Assembly (NCBI GenBank): GCA_951406725.2 | Contig: OX597822.1 | Span: 75,764,001 to 75,828,000, forward strand | Source: Octopus vulgaris | Taxonomy: Eukaryota | DNA length: 64,000 nucleotides | Direction: 5' to 3' | Notes under the pieces: model-generated | The model's database searches: none | Told to the model about the DNA's origin: nothing | Seen by the model: only the letters and a program-made list of their open reading frames with translations | Shown: piece by piece, positions 13,849 through 26,735 of the stretch | How the letters are laid out: the number at the start of each line of letters is the position of its first letter | Position numbering within the stretch: position 1 is the stretch's first letter | Program-made: the position numbers and the translations under genes

Positions 13849-14066
13849 CGAGGTGGGTGCTGAAACGTTCCTGGCTTTGAGTAAAAGAAAATACAGGAGG
13901 AACAGTTAATTTTGATCTTATTCAATATATTCCCCTCTCAGATTCACAAACTCTTTGCAGCGGTCCTACAGTTTTTCTAAGCCCTGTAAAATAACTCGGG
14001 AGATTGGACCTCCAACCAGGCCTTTCGAACACAACTTGAAGCCACGAAATTTTCGGCACTCCCTCG
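13849..14066. mobile_element. Mariner-type MITE
   Basis: Imperfect TIRs cgaggtgggtgctgaaacgttcctggcttt / aagccacgaaattttcggcactccctcg, followed by TA. Confidence 0.75.
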
Positions 14067-14299
14067 TATATACATATATACATATATACACACATACATA
14101 CATGCATGCATACGTACATACATACATACATACATACATACATACATACATACATACATACATACATACATACATACATACATACATACATACATACATA
14201 CATGCATACATACATGCATGCATGCATACATGCATACATATATACATACATACATACATAATACATACATACGTACATACATACATATATTACATGCAT

Positions 14300-14715
14300 A
14301 CCGAAGTGGCTGTGTGGTAACAAACTTGCTTCCCAACTACATGATTCCAGGTTCAGTCCCACTGCGTGGCATTTTGGGCAGTTGTCTTCTGCTATAGCCT
14401 CGGGCCGACTAAAGCCCTGTGAGTGGACTGGTAGACAGAAACTGAAAGAAGCCCGCCGTGTATATATAAATATATACATGTATGTGTGTATGTGTGTGTC
14501 TTTATGTCTCTGTTTTTCACTCCATCACCACTTAACAACTGGTGTTATTGTGTTTATGTTCCCGTATTTTAGCGGTTCGGCAAAACTGACCGATAGAATA
14601 ACTACTAGGCTTAAGAAATAAGTCCTGGGGTTGATTTGTTCGACTAAAACCCTTCAAGGTAGTGCTCCAGCATGGCCGGAGTTCAATGACTGAGACACGT
14701 AAGAGAATTAAAGAA
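14300..14715 (+). mobile_element. SINE family A
   Basis: Full head-CORE-microsatellite-tail layout. Confidence 0.88.
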
Positions 14716-14965
14716 TATCTATACATGCACACAGATACATACATATATTACGTAATACCTATCTACATACATGAATAGATACATATATAGCATGCATACA
14801 TATATATATACATGCACAAATACATACATATATATATATATAGGCCTATGTGTATGTTGCCTTTGTGTTTGTGGATGTCCAGTCACCACTGTTTGACAAC
14901 CGGTGTTTGTCTCTTTACATCCCTGTGACTTCACTAAGAGCTATATAGAATACCTATCTTAGAAG

Positions 14966-15413
14966 TATTCTTTTCTACTCTAGGTACAAGGCCCGAATTT
15001 TTTGAGTAAGAGGCCAGTCGATTAGTTCTACCCCAGTACGCATCTGGTACTTAGCGAACCCGAAAGATAAAGTCGGCCTCGGCGAAATTTGAACTCAGAA
15101 CGTAAAGACGGTCGAAATACCTATTTCATTACTACCCACAAGGGGCTAAACACAGAGAGGACTAACAAGGACAGACATAGGTATTAAGTCGATTACATCG
15201 ACTCCAGTGCATAACTAGTACTTAATTTATCAACCCCGAAAGGATGAAAGGCAAAGTCGACCTCGGCGGAATTTGAACTCACAACGTAACGGCAGCCGAA
15301 ATACCGCTAAGCATTTCGCCCGGCGTGCCAACGTTTCTGCCAGCTCGCCGCCTTTGGTTGATGGAATAATCTTTTCTACTCTAGGCACAACGTTTCTGTC
15401 AGCTTGCTGCCTT
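14966..15413 (-). mobile_element. SINE family B dimer plus a collapsed copy, nested in a degraded family A copy
   Basis: Head ggcggcgagctggcagaaacg; two body units with different tails; flanked by a cttagaag(t/c)att duplication. Confidence 0.8.
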
Positions 15414-16081
15414 CTTACTTAGAAGCATTGACATGGATTTGTTCGATTAAACACTTCAAAACATTGTCTCAGCAGGGTCAGAGTTCAATGACTAACACAA
15501 ATAATATGATAAAAAACGGTTCATTGTTTACAATGATCTTTTCTGCATGTTTTGAAAGGTACTACATCGACTCCATAAGTATTAAAATATGAGATGACCT
15601 CGTCGAGATTTGAACCAAGAATGCAGATATTTCGTTATGCTGCTTTAATGAGTCTACCATTTCAGTCATCTGCATCAGACTTGAAGAAGTTGTTTGCGTT
15701 TCGTGAAAATTGTCGATAACACAGTTGTTTATAAACCTCGTACGAACAGAAATTAAAACAGAACATTGAGAGGAAATTAATTACATCGCAGAAGAGCCAT
15801 TTTAGAATTTTAATAACACACCTGCTAAATTCTCTTTAAATTTAATGTGGTAAAGTATTGCAATGGAACTATTTCAGTGAGCAGATCGCAGTTAAGCAAC
15901 AAAAGTGTTGACACCATATCAAATACATTTAAAGTGAATTTAACAGTTTTGTATGTTACAAGGTGGTTGCGTTAGAAAATGGCAGCCTTTTAAACCACTT
16001 ACTAGATAAATGCAACTTCAAAATTCAGACAGAAAAAATCTTCTAAAGATAAAAACATTTCTTGTAGAGAATTATTTGCAT

Positions 16082-16251
16082 GTAGGCGTAGGAGTGGCTA
16101 TGTGGTAAGTAGCTTGCTTACGAACATATGGTTCCGGGTTAAGTCCCACTGCGTGGCACCTTGGACAAGTGTCTTCTACTATAGCCCCGGGCCAACCAAA
16201 GCTTTGAGAGTGGATTTGGTAGACGGAAACTGAATGGAGCCCGTCGTATAC

Positions 16252-16323
<72 letters not shown>

Positions 16324-16548
16324 GTGTATGTGTATATGCTTGCGTGTCTGTTTGTCCCCCCAACATCGCTTGACAACCGATGCTGATGTGTTTACATCCC
16401 CGTAACTTAGTGGTTCGGCAAAAGAGACCGATAGAATAAGTACTAGGCTTACAAAGAATAAGTTCTGGGGTCGATTTGCTCGACTAAAGGCGGTGCTCCA
16501 GCATGGCCACAGTTAAATAACTGAAACAAGTAAAAGAGTAAAAAGAGT
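16082..16548 (+). mobile_element. SINE family A, near full length
   Basis: Best-preserved copy, ending gtaaaagagtaaaaagag. Confidence 0.9.
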
Positions 16549-17149
16549 ATATTTGTGAACTTACACAGAGGTCGAATTTGCTTTTCATCCTTTCGGGGTC
16601 GACAAAATAAGTACCAGCTCAGAATTGGGGTCAATGTAATTTACTTGCCACACACCCCAAGCTTTTGGGCCTTGTTCCAAAATTTTAAATCATTCTTAAA
16701 GCTAGACGGCCACAGAGCGAAAATTCCATACGCCTGTATTCTTCCTTTATTAAAAATTAGTTTTAAGGCTCTTGTCTCTGTATATTTTGACATGACTACA
16801 GCGATAACTCAATAATGTAATTTGAAAGATTAGATGATATATGTTGCACATGTCTAGGAAAATGATTTTTTCGAGAGACCTAACGCTAGCAATAACGCTG
16901 ATTATCAGCTTGCAGATGAAATCAATATTTACTTTCAATTTAAGAATCTTATCAACGTTGATTCTCAGAAATTGAAAATAAGCAACAGATTTAATTTTGT
17001 CAGCGTCAAGTTTAAGTTGCAGGATATATATGTGTATGTATGTATGTTTGTATATGTGTGTCTGTCTCTCATTCTATTTCTATATATGTATATATGTGTG
17101 TGTCTGTATATCTATACATATAAACACACATATAAACATATATATATAT

Positions 17150-17351
17150 ATTCACCATGATTGATCGCTAGACATGAAACCTTTTTAAATCTTCTCTCTA
17201 TGTTTGTTTCTGTGTTCTTTTCTGATGAAAAGCGTAGGCACGAAATGTAAAAGACTTTCTCACTTCCCGAGCGTTAAACTAATACATCTGTTTGTTGTTT
17301 ATACACCTGTCTTCGTCTTTTATTTTGTTTATTTTATTGTGAATTCCAACA

Positions 17352-17355
<4 letters not shown>
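17150..17355 (+). mobile_element. About 200-bp hammerhead-bearing repeat (PLE pLTR or retrozyme-like)
   Basis: tttt-CTGATGA-aaagcgtaggcac-GAAA-tg-TA-aaag at 17218-17253; homologous to 21395 and 51910; flanked by (TA)n. Confidence 0.65.
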
Positions 17356-17391
<36 letters not shown>

Positions 17392-17854
17392 TCACAAAAA
17401 TAGAGCCATACATACACACACATACACACGCATGCAAACATATACACACACTCTTAGATACACATATATACACGCATACACACACATATGCACATACACA
17501 CATGCACACACATATGCACATGCACATTCACACACGTACAAACGCATACCCACATACATACACTCACATATAGACACATACACATACATACGCATACACA
17601 TACACTCGCATAAACACACATGCATACAGCCACATAAACACACATACACACACGCGTACTCAAACATACATACACATACACACACATATATATATGTATG
17701 CTCGGTGAAACATGAGATACTGGGAGAAGTTGCAGGAACTGAACGTCTTTTCCGTAGATAGAAGGTGCGAAAGATACGCAGTGATATAAACATGGATGAC
17801 ACTGGAAGGTCTAGTTTCCAGCTTGAGAATTGAAAGTTATACATAGTTACACAT

Positions 17855-18077
17855 ACCTATTTCTTTATTACCCACAAGGGGCTAAACACAGAGAGGACAA
17901 ACAAGGACAGACATAGGTATTAAGTCGATTACATCGACCCCAGTGCGTAACTGGTACTTAATTTATCGACCCCGAAAGGATGAAAGGCAAAGTCGACCTC
18001 GGCGGAATTTGAACTCACAACGTAATGCAGACGAAATATCGCTAAGCATTTCGCCCGGCGTGCTAACGTTTCTGCCA
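17855..18077 (-). mobile_element. SINE family B
   Basis: Reverse complement of the 22221 copy. Confidence 0.88.
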
Positions 18078-18078
18078 A

Positions 18079-18400
18079 CACATACCACCGACTGGACAGC
18101 ACTGCATAGCACCAAAGATTCCGTCTTCTCCAACCAGAAGAAGGACCCAGTACAGTAACAGCATTGATTTCAAGGGTCTACCACTGCTAAATAACCTCAG
18201 AGGTTTGCAATGTGTAGGTGAGGATGTTTTGGAAGGAACATCCAGACAAATTTTAATCTAAGATACCATATGGATCCACAACGCAGCAGAAGGCGCAAAA
18301 AAGAGAAGCTCACACAACTTGTCTCTCCACCACAAACAATACAGAAAAGTGGTGCCGCTGTATGGCCTCAAATTGAAACCAGTAAAAAGTAAAATATATA
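18079..18400 (+). pseudogene. 3' end of a CR1/L2-group LINE, degraded
   Basis: TGQHCIAPKIPSSPTRRRTQYSNSIDFKG..L.N is homologous to the 57540 copy; ends in a SINE-A-like tail. Confidence 0.6.
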
Positions 18401-18409
18401 CACACATTC

Positions 18410-18662
18410 ACGCAGGTGTGGCTTGCTTACCAACAGAATGGTTCCGGGTTCAGTCCCACTGCATGGCATCTTGTAATGTCTTCTACTAGTAGTGTCTTCT
18501 ACTATAGCTTCGCGCCGATCAAAGCTTTGTGAGTGGTTTTGGTAGACGGAAACTGAACGAACCTTGTCGTACATGTGTGTGTATGTGTGTATTTGTATCT
18601 GTGTTTGTCACCCTACCATCGTTTGACAATTGATGTTGGTGTGTTTAGGTCCCTGTAACTGT
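18410..18662 (+). mobile_element. SINE family A, 3'-truncated
   Basis: ggttccgggttcagtcccactgc...gtagacggaaactgaa. Confidence 0.8.
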
Positions 18663-18715
18663 TCAGGCGAATATACTGGCATTGATGTAGCAGCATTTGA
18701 AATATTGTCCAGGTA

Positions 18716-18790
18716 AAGCTAGCTGAAGAAGACTAATCAAATTTACCATAACAAGCATATTTGAAAAGTCCGAAACCTAGGTACTAGGTT
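18716..18790 (+). ncRNA. Minimal type I hammerhead ribozyme with intact core
   Basis: ctag-CTGAAGA-agactaatcaaat...atttgaaaagtcc-GAAA-cctagg-TA-ctag; palindromic stem III acctaggt. Confidence 0.78.
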
Positions 18791-18963
18791 ATCTAATTCT
18801 GGGTTGTGAATTTATCTAATGTTCTTCCTAGATGTAAGACGAAACTTTTTTTATGTTCGCTGCCTTCACATGTCTTGCCAATATATACACAGTGAAGCTT
18901 TACTATAGCGTCGTAAATTTATCGACTGGTATTTCCAGTAAACATTGGTGTCTTGTTACACCA

Positions 18964-19025
<62 letters not shown>

Positions 19026-19039
19026 ATATTACACATATT

Positions 19040-19242
19040 CTTTTATTCTTTTATTTGTTTGAGGCGTTTGACTGCGGCCATGCTGGAGCACTGCTTTTAG
19101 TCGAACAGATCGACCCATGACTTATTCTTTGTAAGACTGGTACTTATTCTATCACATGGCTTTGGTCGGCCCGTGGATATAGTAGAAGACATTTGCCCAA
19201 GGTGCCACGCAGTGGGACTGAACTATCACGCATGCGCCTATA
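19040..19242 (-). mobile_element. SINE family A, internally deleted
   Basis: Tail and head segments of family A in reverse. Confidence 0.75.
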
Positions 19243-19449
19243 TTTACATATATACCAGCATAAACTCACATATGCGCACAAAAGCATACGGACGTGTGTG
19301 CGCCACTGTGTGTGTATGTGTGTGTGTGTAGAGAGAGAGAGATGTTTTAGACAGAGATAAGTAGGTAGATGGGCTCACCTCACACACACAGATACACGCA
19401 CACACACACGGATATATATACACAGACATACACGCACACACACACTCAT

Positions 19450-19494
<45 letters not shown>

Positions 19495-19929
19495 CATAGC
19501 TTCCTATTCGCCACCCACACATGCACACAGACTCACACACAAACCTAAGAAAAACAAGAAGAAAAAAAAGGAAAAAGAAAAGCAAAAACGACCAAAATAA
19601 ATAACGACCGTTTATTGAAGAAATTTCCAGAAATGTGTTATGAAGCATCACGTGACACAAACCACTAGTTACTCATTAATCAGATGTTAGTTGCAGTAAA
19701 AGCTGTCGACAGGTAAATCTATTTAACTTTTGGTCTGACAGGAATTCCAGGCAGTTCTTGACATGATATTACAGCCATTGGCTTTTCAGAGTTCCTCTCG
19801 GCTGACTCACTTTTCTCGTCGACTCAACTCTCGCTCGTCGTTCTTATCGATTTAAATACTTAGACTTATTTCCACCATACTAAACATAACACGATACACG
19901 AGGGACGCTCTCTCTCTCTCGTTCCTATC

Positions 19930-20817
19930 AAGACTTCCATTATGTTGTTGCTGCTTACGGTGCTACTGCTGCTGCTGCTGGTGTTGTTAGACTTGTTGTT
20001 AGAGATTCTTAATGTGGTTGTTGTGTTGGTGATGGTGATGATTTCGGTGGTGGAGGCAGATGTGTCGGCGATGGTTGTGAATATCATATCATGGTGTTGA
20101 TGTTGTCGGTGGTGGTGGTGGCGATGTTGGTGAGGAACGGTGGTGGCTGTGGCGACGTTGGTGATCGCAGTTATTACGACGAAGGTGGAGTCACCTTGGT
20201 GTTGTTGGTGGCGGTGGTGATAGCAGCGGTGTTGCTGAAGATAGTTTTGGTGGTAGTTGTGGTGATTGTGATTTAGGTGGTAGTGGTGGTGGCGGCGTCG
20301 ACATCGTCGGCATCGTGTTTTGTGTTGGTAGTGATGATGGTGGTGGTGGTGGTGGTGATGGCGGTGACGGTGGTGACGGTGGTGACGTCGGCGTCGTGGT
20401 TTGTTGTGGTGATGGAGGTGGTTCTGGTGGTTTTGGTGGTGGTGACCGTGGCATCGGCGGTGGCGTCGGCGTCGTGTTTTGTGGTGGTGGTGGTAGTGTC
20501 GGCGTCAGCGTCATGCTTACTTGTGATGATGGTGGTCTTTACGTTGTAGTGTTGTTGTTGTTGTTCGTGGTGGTGGTGGTGGTGGTGGTGGTGGTGGTGG
20601 TGGTGGTATTGGTCGTGGCTGTAGTGGTTGTGGTCATCGCAGTGGTGGTGATAGTAATGACAATAGAGATGAAGACAACGACGATGACGATCTTGAACGA
20701 TGGTTCCATTAATGCTGCTGCCCCTGCTGCTGTTATTGTTGTTGTTGTTGTTTTGCATTATAACTGTAGCTGAATATCTTGAATGGCTTATTAACGGTGA
20801 TGTCTTAACGTTGCTAC

Positions 20818-20911
<94 letters not shown>

Positions 20912-21020
20912 GATGCTCCTGATACAATTGCTGCTGCAGTTATTTTTCTCGTTAATATTCTTACTACTGCTGCTGCTGCTGCTGCTGCTTTTGTTGTTGT
21001 CTTCGTCGTCGTTGTTGTTT
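19930..21020. repeat. GC-richer trinucleotide mosaic (GGT/GAT/GTT/CTG) with a recurring gcgtcggcgtcgtg unit
   Basis: Read directly; (GAT)n at 20818-20901. Confidence 0.8.
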
Positions 21021-21277
21021 AATTCTATGTTTGAAATGTTCGACCTGTCTTTTGATCCCAAGACATCCACACGCTACCACCCTTCACCCTATCTGAATCC
21101 CTTTTCTTTTCAGAAACACGATATCTTCAACTTTATTGCAGCCAATCGCTTCGTTTCTCATTCGCGAAAATCGGGTGTCATTCAAAAGATATTCGGCTGC
21201 GCTTTCTAGCAGGTCGAGCAAAAGCATAAAAGCTTCCCCTAATTCGCTGTTTACATTTTGTCTGTCATATCAATAGT

Positions 21278-21292
21278 AAGTAGTAGTAGTTA

Positions 21293-21366
<74 letters not shown>

Positions 21367-21393
21367 CCAGCAGCAGCAGCAGCAGCAGCAGCT
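21278..21393. repeat. (TAG)n(CAG)n microsatellite
   Basis: Read directly. Confidence 0.95.
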
Positions 21394-21394
21394 G

Positions 21395-21593
21395 GATTCG
21401 CCATGTTTGATCGCTGAAATCTACAAATTTCTTTTAAAAATTCACTCTGTTTATTTCCTCTTATTCCTTTCCGTTGAAGAGCGTAGGCTCGAAATGTAAA
21501 AAGACTTGTTCATTTTTCTTGAACGTCAAACTAATACACTTGGTTGTTGTTCGTACACTTGGCGTCGTGTTTTGTTTTTCTATAAATTTCAAA

Positions 21594-21595
<2 letters not shown>
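21395..21595 (+). mobile_element. About 200-bp hammerhead-like repeat, same family as 17150
   Basis: ccgttga-a-gagcgtaggctc-gaaatgtaaaaagac; core degenerate, stem II perfect. Confidence 0.6.
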
Positions 21596-21654
<59 letters not shown>

Positions 21655-22220
21655 TTAGCCCAAGCTCTGTCAGTTGTGATTGAGCAGACCGTAAATCAAA
21701 GACGTTCAAGCATTCATTATAATATCTTCCAGACACTGCAAGGCGTGAATAACATCTCCTTCCTGTTTTTTAGAATGTTACCAAATGTTACGAAAAATAT
21801 TTGGCTGCTATTTCTAGTAAGTCGAGTAACTGCGTCACCTCTTCTTTTGTTTCTGATGTTGAACTACTATTTTTTATGTTGCTGTTATGATTTTCAAAGC
21901 ACCGAGCTGGCAGAGCACCGGAAGGAAAAGATTTACAACATTCGTTGTAGCTTTTGGCATTCTGCGTTCAAATCCTACGGAATACAAGCTTGCTATTAGT
22001 CCTTTCCAAGTTGATAAATTACCCTCCAAGTAATTGGATTGGTGGTAACGACGAATCACTAATATTTAAAATGTTTAGCATTCTGATTAAAAACACTCCA
22101 CTTATGACCATCCTCATCGGTAATATCCGATGTGTCCTTCCGGGAAGTAATTTGAAACAGATTTATCTGGTGGAGCGGTCACACAAAAACTCTTCTGGTG
22201 GATCTGGTATTAATGGTGAT

Positions 22221-22459
22221 AAGGCGGCGAGCTGGCAGAGTCACTAGCACGCCGGGCGAAATGTTTAGCGGTATTTCGTCTGCCGCTACGTCCTGAGTTC
22301 AAATTCCGCCGACGCCGAATTTGCCTTTCATCCTTTCGGGGTCGATAAATTAAGTACGAGTTACGCACTGGGGTCGATATAATCGACTTAATCCGTTTGT
22401 CTGTCCTTGTTTGTCCTCTCTGTATTTAGCCTCTTGTGGGTAGTAAAGAAATAGGTATT
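22221..22459 (+). mobile_element. SINE family B, full length (tRNA-like head, Meta-like core)
   Basis: aaggcggcgagctggcaga...gagttcaaattcc (B box)...gcctttcatcctttcggggtcgataaattaagtac. Confidence 0.9.
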
Positions 22460-22850
22460 AATGGTGATGATGTTAATGGTAGTTATGGTTAGCTTTTTCT
22501 TGTTTGGTGTGGCATTGAGGATGGTAATCACAATGGTTTGGATGTTGTTGTTGCTGTTTCTTTTTTTTTTACTGTGGCACAGATGTAGACATATAATTGC
22601 TATTGATATTGTTGCTGTTACCTTTTTGCTCTGGCACAGATATAATCATATAATTGCTGTTTCTGTTGTTGTAGCTGTTTTTTCTCTCTTTATAACTGTG
22701 GCATAGCTGTAGCCATATAATTGTTGTTGTTGTTGTTGTTGGGGGCCAGAACAAGCTTAATCTAGTGTCAATGACTAGATGTGGTCCAAAAATTCCTAGC
22801 GCCGAGTACGCAATCTGTAATGTTGATAACCATACTGCACTTTCTGGCAC

Positions 22851-23176
22851 TATCTATCTATCTACCTACCTATCCGCTCAGTCGAAGTCGACTCTCAGTT
22901 ACTCGATGGATCAGTGTTCTCCAGCCAGCTCTATCCTGGATCGCTTCTTTCAGATTGATTATGGTCATTCCCGTGTCACTCTTGATGGTGTCAAGCCAGC
23001 GGGTTCTTGGTCGGCCTCTTCCTCTCTTGCCACTGACCATTCCGAGCATGATGTCCTTCTCTAGGGATTTTCTCCGCATAATATGACCAAAATATGCCAA
23101 TTTATGCTTGGTGATCCTAGCTTCTAGCGACAGTTTCGGCTTGATCTGGTTAAGAACTTCTGCATTGGTTAAGAAC
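22851..23176 (-). mobile_element. 5'-truncated RTE-clade LINE (ORF C-terminus) with (GATA)n tail and 9-bp TSD
   Basis: LAYFGHIMRRKSLEKDIMLGMVSGKRGRGRPRTRWLD is typical of RTE/BovB; TSD ttctggcac at 22842-22850 and 23177-23185. Confidence 0.88.
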
Positions 23177-24627
23177 TTCTGGCACATAGTGTTCTATTCA
23201 GTTTGATGCAAAATGTTCATGAATGCTTGTAGATCATGGTGGTGACCAAACCGGCAGATTGCAATATAAACATCGTCTAAACAGGACAGTAATTAATGCC
23301 GTGAAGAGTTTAAAATCTGTAATTTCTACACACCTGAAATCCTGCAAGAAGCTTCCTATGTAAATGATTGCGGATTTACATACTTCCCTCATATAACCTT
23401 GCACAACCTCTTGATCTGTATTGCAGCCACCTAGGAATCATGCTTAAAATAAGCAACTAGAACACATCACACTCTTCATCCAGCAACAGTCACAAGATCA
23501 AACACACACACACACTACACACACACACATACACACACACATGTACACACACACATACATGCACTCACACAAACACATAAACAGACACAAAGGCAAAAAC
23601 CTTGGAATTACATAGAACATGTGTGTGCATATGTGTATCTATGTATCTATAGACATATATGTCTATACGTGTGTATATGTATATATGTATGCATTTGTGT
23701 GTTATATTAAGTATACATACATATACATACGTTGTTGCATTGCGTGTGTGTGTGTGTGTGTGTGTTACAAAACACGTAAAAAGCATAGTAAACAAATAAA
23801 AGCGACACACAGTCAAACTTACAATATTCATACACTGAATATTTGACCAACCACAAAGAGAAGAAAAACAGCGTTCGTATACAAACAATATTCGATCCAT
23901 AATGGATTATGCCAGTGCTGCTTGCATTCTCAATCATTCGACAATATATCATAACAGACTTCAAATTACAAAGAACATAAAAGAGCTAACCCTCGCATCA
24001 CCACATGCTGTAAACAGATCACACCCTTAGTGCACTTGATCAACAAAACAAAGTCTGTACAAAAAAAAAAAAAAAAAAATGAAAGACCGTTTGGACATTG
24101 GAAAGAAAAAACAAAAACAGACAGCTTGTGATTGCTGGAAGCTTTAACCTTCACAGTCTTTGCCACCAGCATACATGATCGCTGAGAAACAAACAGAAGC
24201 ATATACAGTAGTCTACAACACAACTACATCACTATCTTAAAAGCAGTATCGCACCCATTCATCCATCCGTCCATCGTTGAAAAAATATCGAATGAATAAT
24301 CACACACATACACGTGCAAGTGCACAAATAGACGCGTGCAACTGCACGCACGCATGGAAACAATTGCAACATCAATAACGACAATAGCTGCAAATGCGAT
24401 GTGTTTGGCTTGGTTACATATCTCCAATAATCCTTTTATAATTTTAGAACAATTCCACAATTTTGAATGAAAAGGGAGTCGACTACATCGGCCTTAATGC
24501 TCATCTGCTTTGTGTTTCATCAACTCCGATGGATGATAGGGAAGGGAAAGTCAAATTCGGTGCCATTAGAACATGCAATGTAAAAAGCTGAATAAATTGA
24601 TTTTTAGCATTATCTCCGGTACTATTA

Positions 24628-24785
24628 TACTTGTTTCAGTGATTTGACTTCGGACACCTTTTTTAGTCGAGCAAATCGACCCTAGGACTTATTCTTTGTA
24701 AGCCTAAGACTTATTCTATCGGGGACGTAAACACACCAGGATCGACTGACAACCGATGTTGTGGGAACAAACATGCACACACGCG

Positions 24786-24819
<34 letters not shown>

Positions 24820-24993
24820 TACATATATACGACGGGCTTCTTTCAGTTTCCGTCTACCAAATACACTCACAATGCGTTTATCGGCCCGAGACTTTAGTAG
24901 AAGACACCTGCCCAAGGTACCACGCAGTAGGACTGAACCAGAAATCATGTGGTTGGTAAGCAAGCTACTTACCACACAGCCACACCTGCGCCT
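24628..24993 (-). mobile_element. SINE family A
   Basis: Reverse-strand family A with internal (CA)n. Confidence 0.85.
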
Positions 24994-25121
24994 ATTGATT
25001 CTGCCAGCTCGCCACGTATCACTGTTCAAAAGTGGATTGTCCCAAACATAAACCTGTCAGTAGATATAATTATTCTTCATAGTGATGCCATTGATATTAC
25101 TGTTGTTCTAACTACTATTCA

Positions 25122-25327
25122 TTTCTACTCTAGGCACAAGGCCCGAAATTATTGGGAAAGGGGCGAGTCGATTAGATCGGCCTCAGTACGCAGCTGGTAC
25201 TTTATTTATCGACCCCGAAAGGATGAAAGGTAAAGTGGACCTCGGCGGAATTTGAACTCAGAACGTAAAGACAAGTACCGCTAAGTATTTCGCTCGGCGT
25301 GCTAACTATTCTGCCAGCTCGCCGCCT
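25122..25327 (-). mobile_element. SINE family B (tail variant 2)
   Basis: Head, Meta-like core and gggccttgtgcctagagtagaaa tail. Confidence 0.85.
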
Positions 25328-25338
25328 GTTCTAACTAA

Positions 25339-25430
25339 TATTGTTGATGCGCTATAAATTTTGCGCTGCATATGTGTGTACGTATTGTGATATGGTCGTT
25401 GTACCACAAACTTCTTGACGGTTTATAGGT
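25339..25430 (+). repeat. Unclassified dispersed repeat (second copy at 27893-27985)
   Basis: tattgttgatgcgctataaa...gtattgtgatatg.tcgttgta.cacaa is present twice. Confidence 0.7.
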
Positions 25431-25737
25431 TCCCATCAACTCATACGTTGATGTATTGATGAATCTACAGGTAATATATCAAACGGAAAACTTAACATTG
25501 TGTGTGTGAGTGAGATCGCATAAGTCCGGTGCTATATATGCTTGAGTTCATGCATATACCCGAATATTAAGATCTACACACACACACATACATACATACA
25601 AACATACATACATACATGCCAACCGACAACTGAAGAAGAGTCGTTCTTTATGTTACTTGCCCTGCATTTGTTTCACTCGTTGTTTGCATATTTCATGTTG
25701 TTTACACTTAGTGACATCCTGTACCCATATATACATA

Positions 25738-25791
<54 letters not shown>

Positions 25792-25844
25792 TACATTTAT
25801 TATTTATATTATTATTTGATTGAACGCCACGCATCCATTTCCAA

Positions 25845-25912
<68 letters not shown>

Positions 25913-26042
25913 CAGTGTACATTAAGGCATATTAAGAGACATCATCATAGGAATCCTTTACGCTAGAAAGACCAGTTAAAGTCCAGACCACTAATTATGG
26001 ATAAATTCTCGAAGGGAATGAAAAATAAAAACATTTACTTTC

Positions 26043-26053
26043 ATATATATATA

Positions 26054-26102
<49 letters not shown>

Positions 26103-26735
26103 GTATATATATACATAGGTGTGTAAATATATATATATATGTATGCGTATGCATGTATATATATATATATCTATATATATGTGTATATCTATATATACAT
26201 GTGTATCTATATATATATATATGTATATGTATGTATATGTGTATATATATGTATATATATGTGTATATATGTGTATACATATGTATGCATATATATGTAT
26301 GTATATATATGTAAGTATGTATATGTAAGTATATATATATGTATGTATATGTATGCATGTATATGTATGTATATGTATGTGTATCTATGTACATGTATGT
26401 ATATGTATGCATGTATTTGTATGTATGCATGTATACGTATGTATATACATATATGTATATATGTATATATGTATGTATATATGTATATATGTATGTATAT
26501 ATATGTACATGTATATATATGTATATGTATGTATGTATGTATATATGTATATGTATGTATATATATATGTATATGTATATATATATATATGTATATGCAT
26601 ATATATATATGTGTGTGTGTGTGTGTATATGTACAGATATATATATATAAATGTATATGTATGTCTATATATGTGTGTGTATGCATGTATTTATATATAT
26701 AACATAAATATACAAACACGCACACACTTATATAA
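26043..26735. repeat. (TA)/(TG)/(TATG) microsatellite field
   Basis: Read directly. Confidence 0.92.

Noticed and set aside
22572-22725. Three spaced repeats (tggcacagat...catataattg) about 55-65 bp apart
   Set aside because: A degenerate minisatellite with low-complexity, related spacers; not CRISPR.
23880-24460. Unique sequence checked for conserved miRNAs or exons
   Set aside because: No mature miRNA I recognise and no convincing hairpin or ORF; a database search would be needed.
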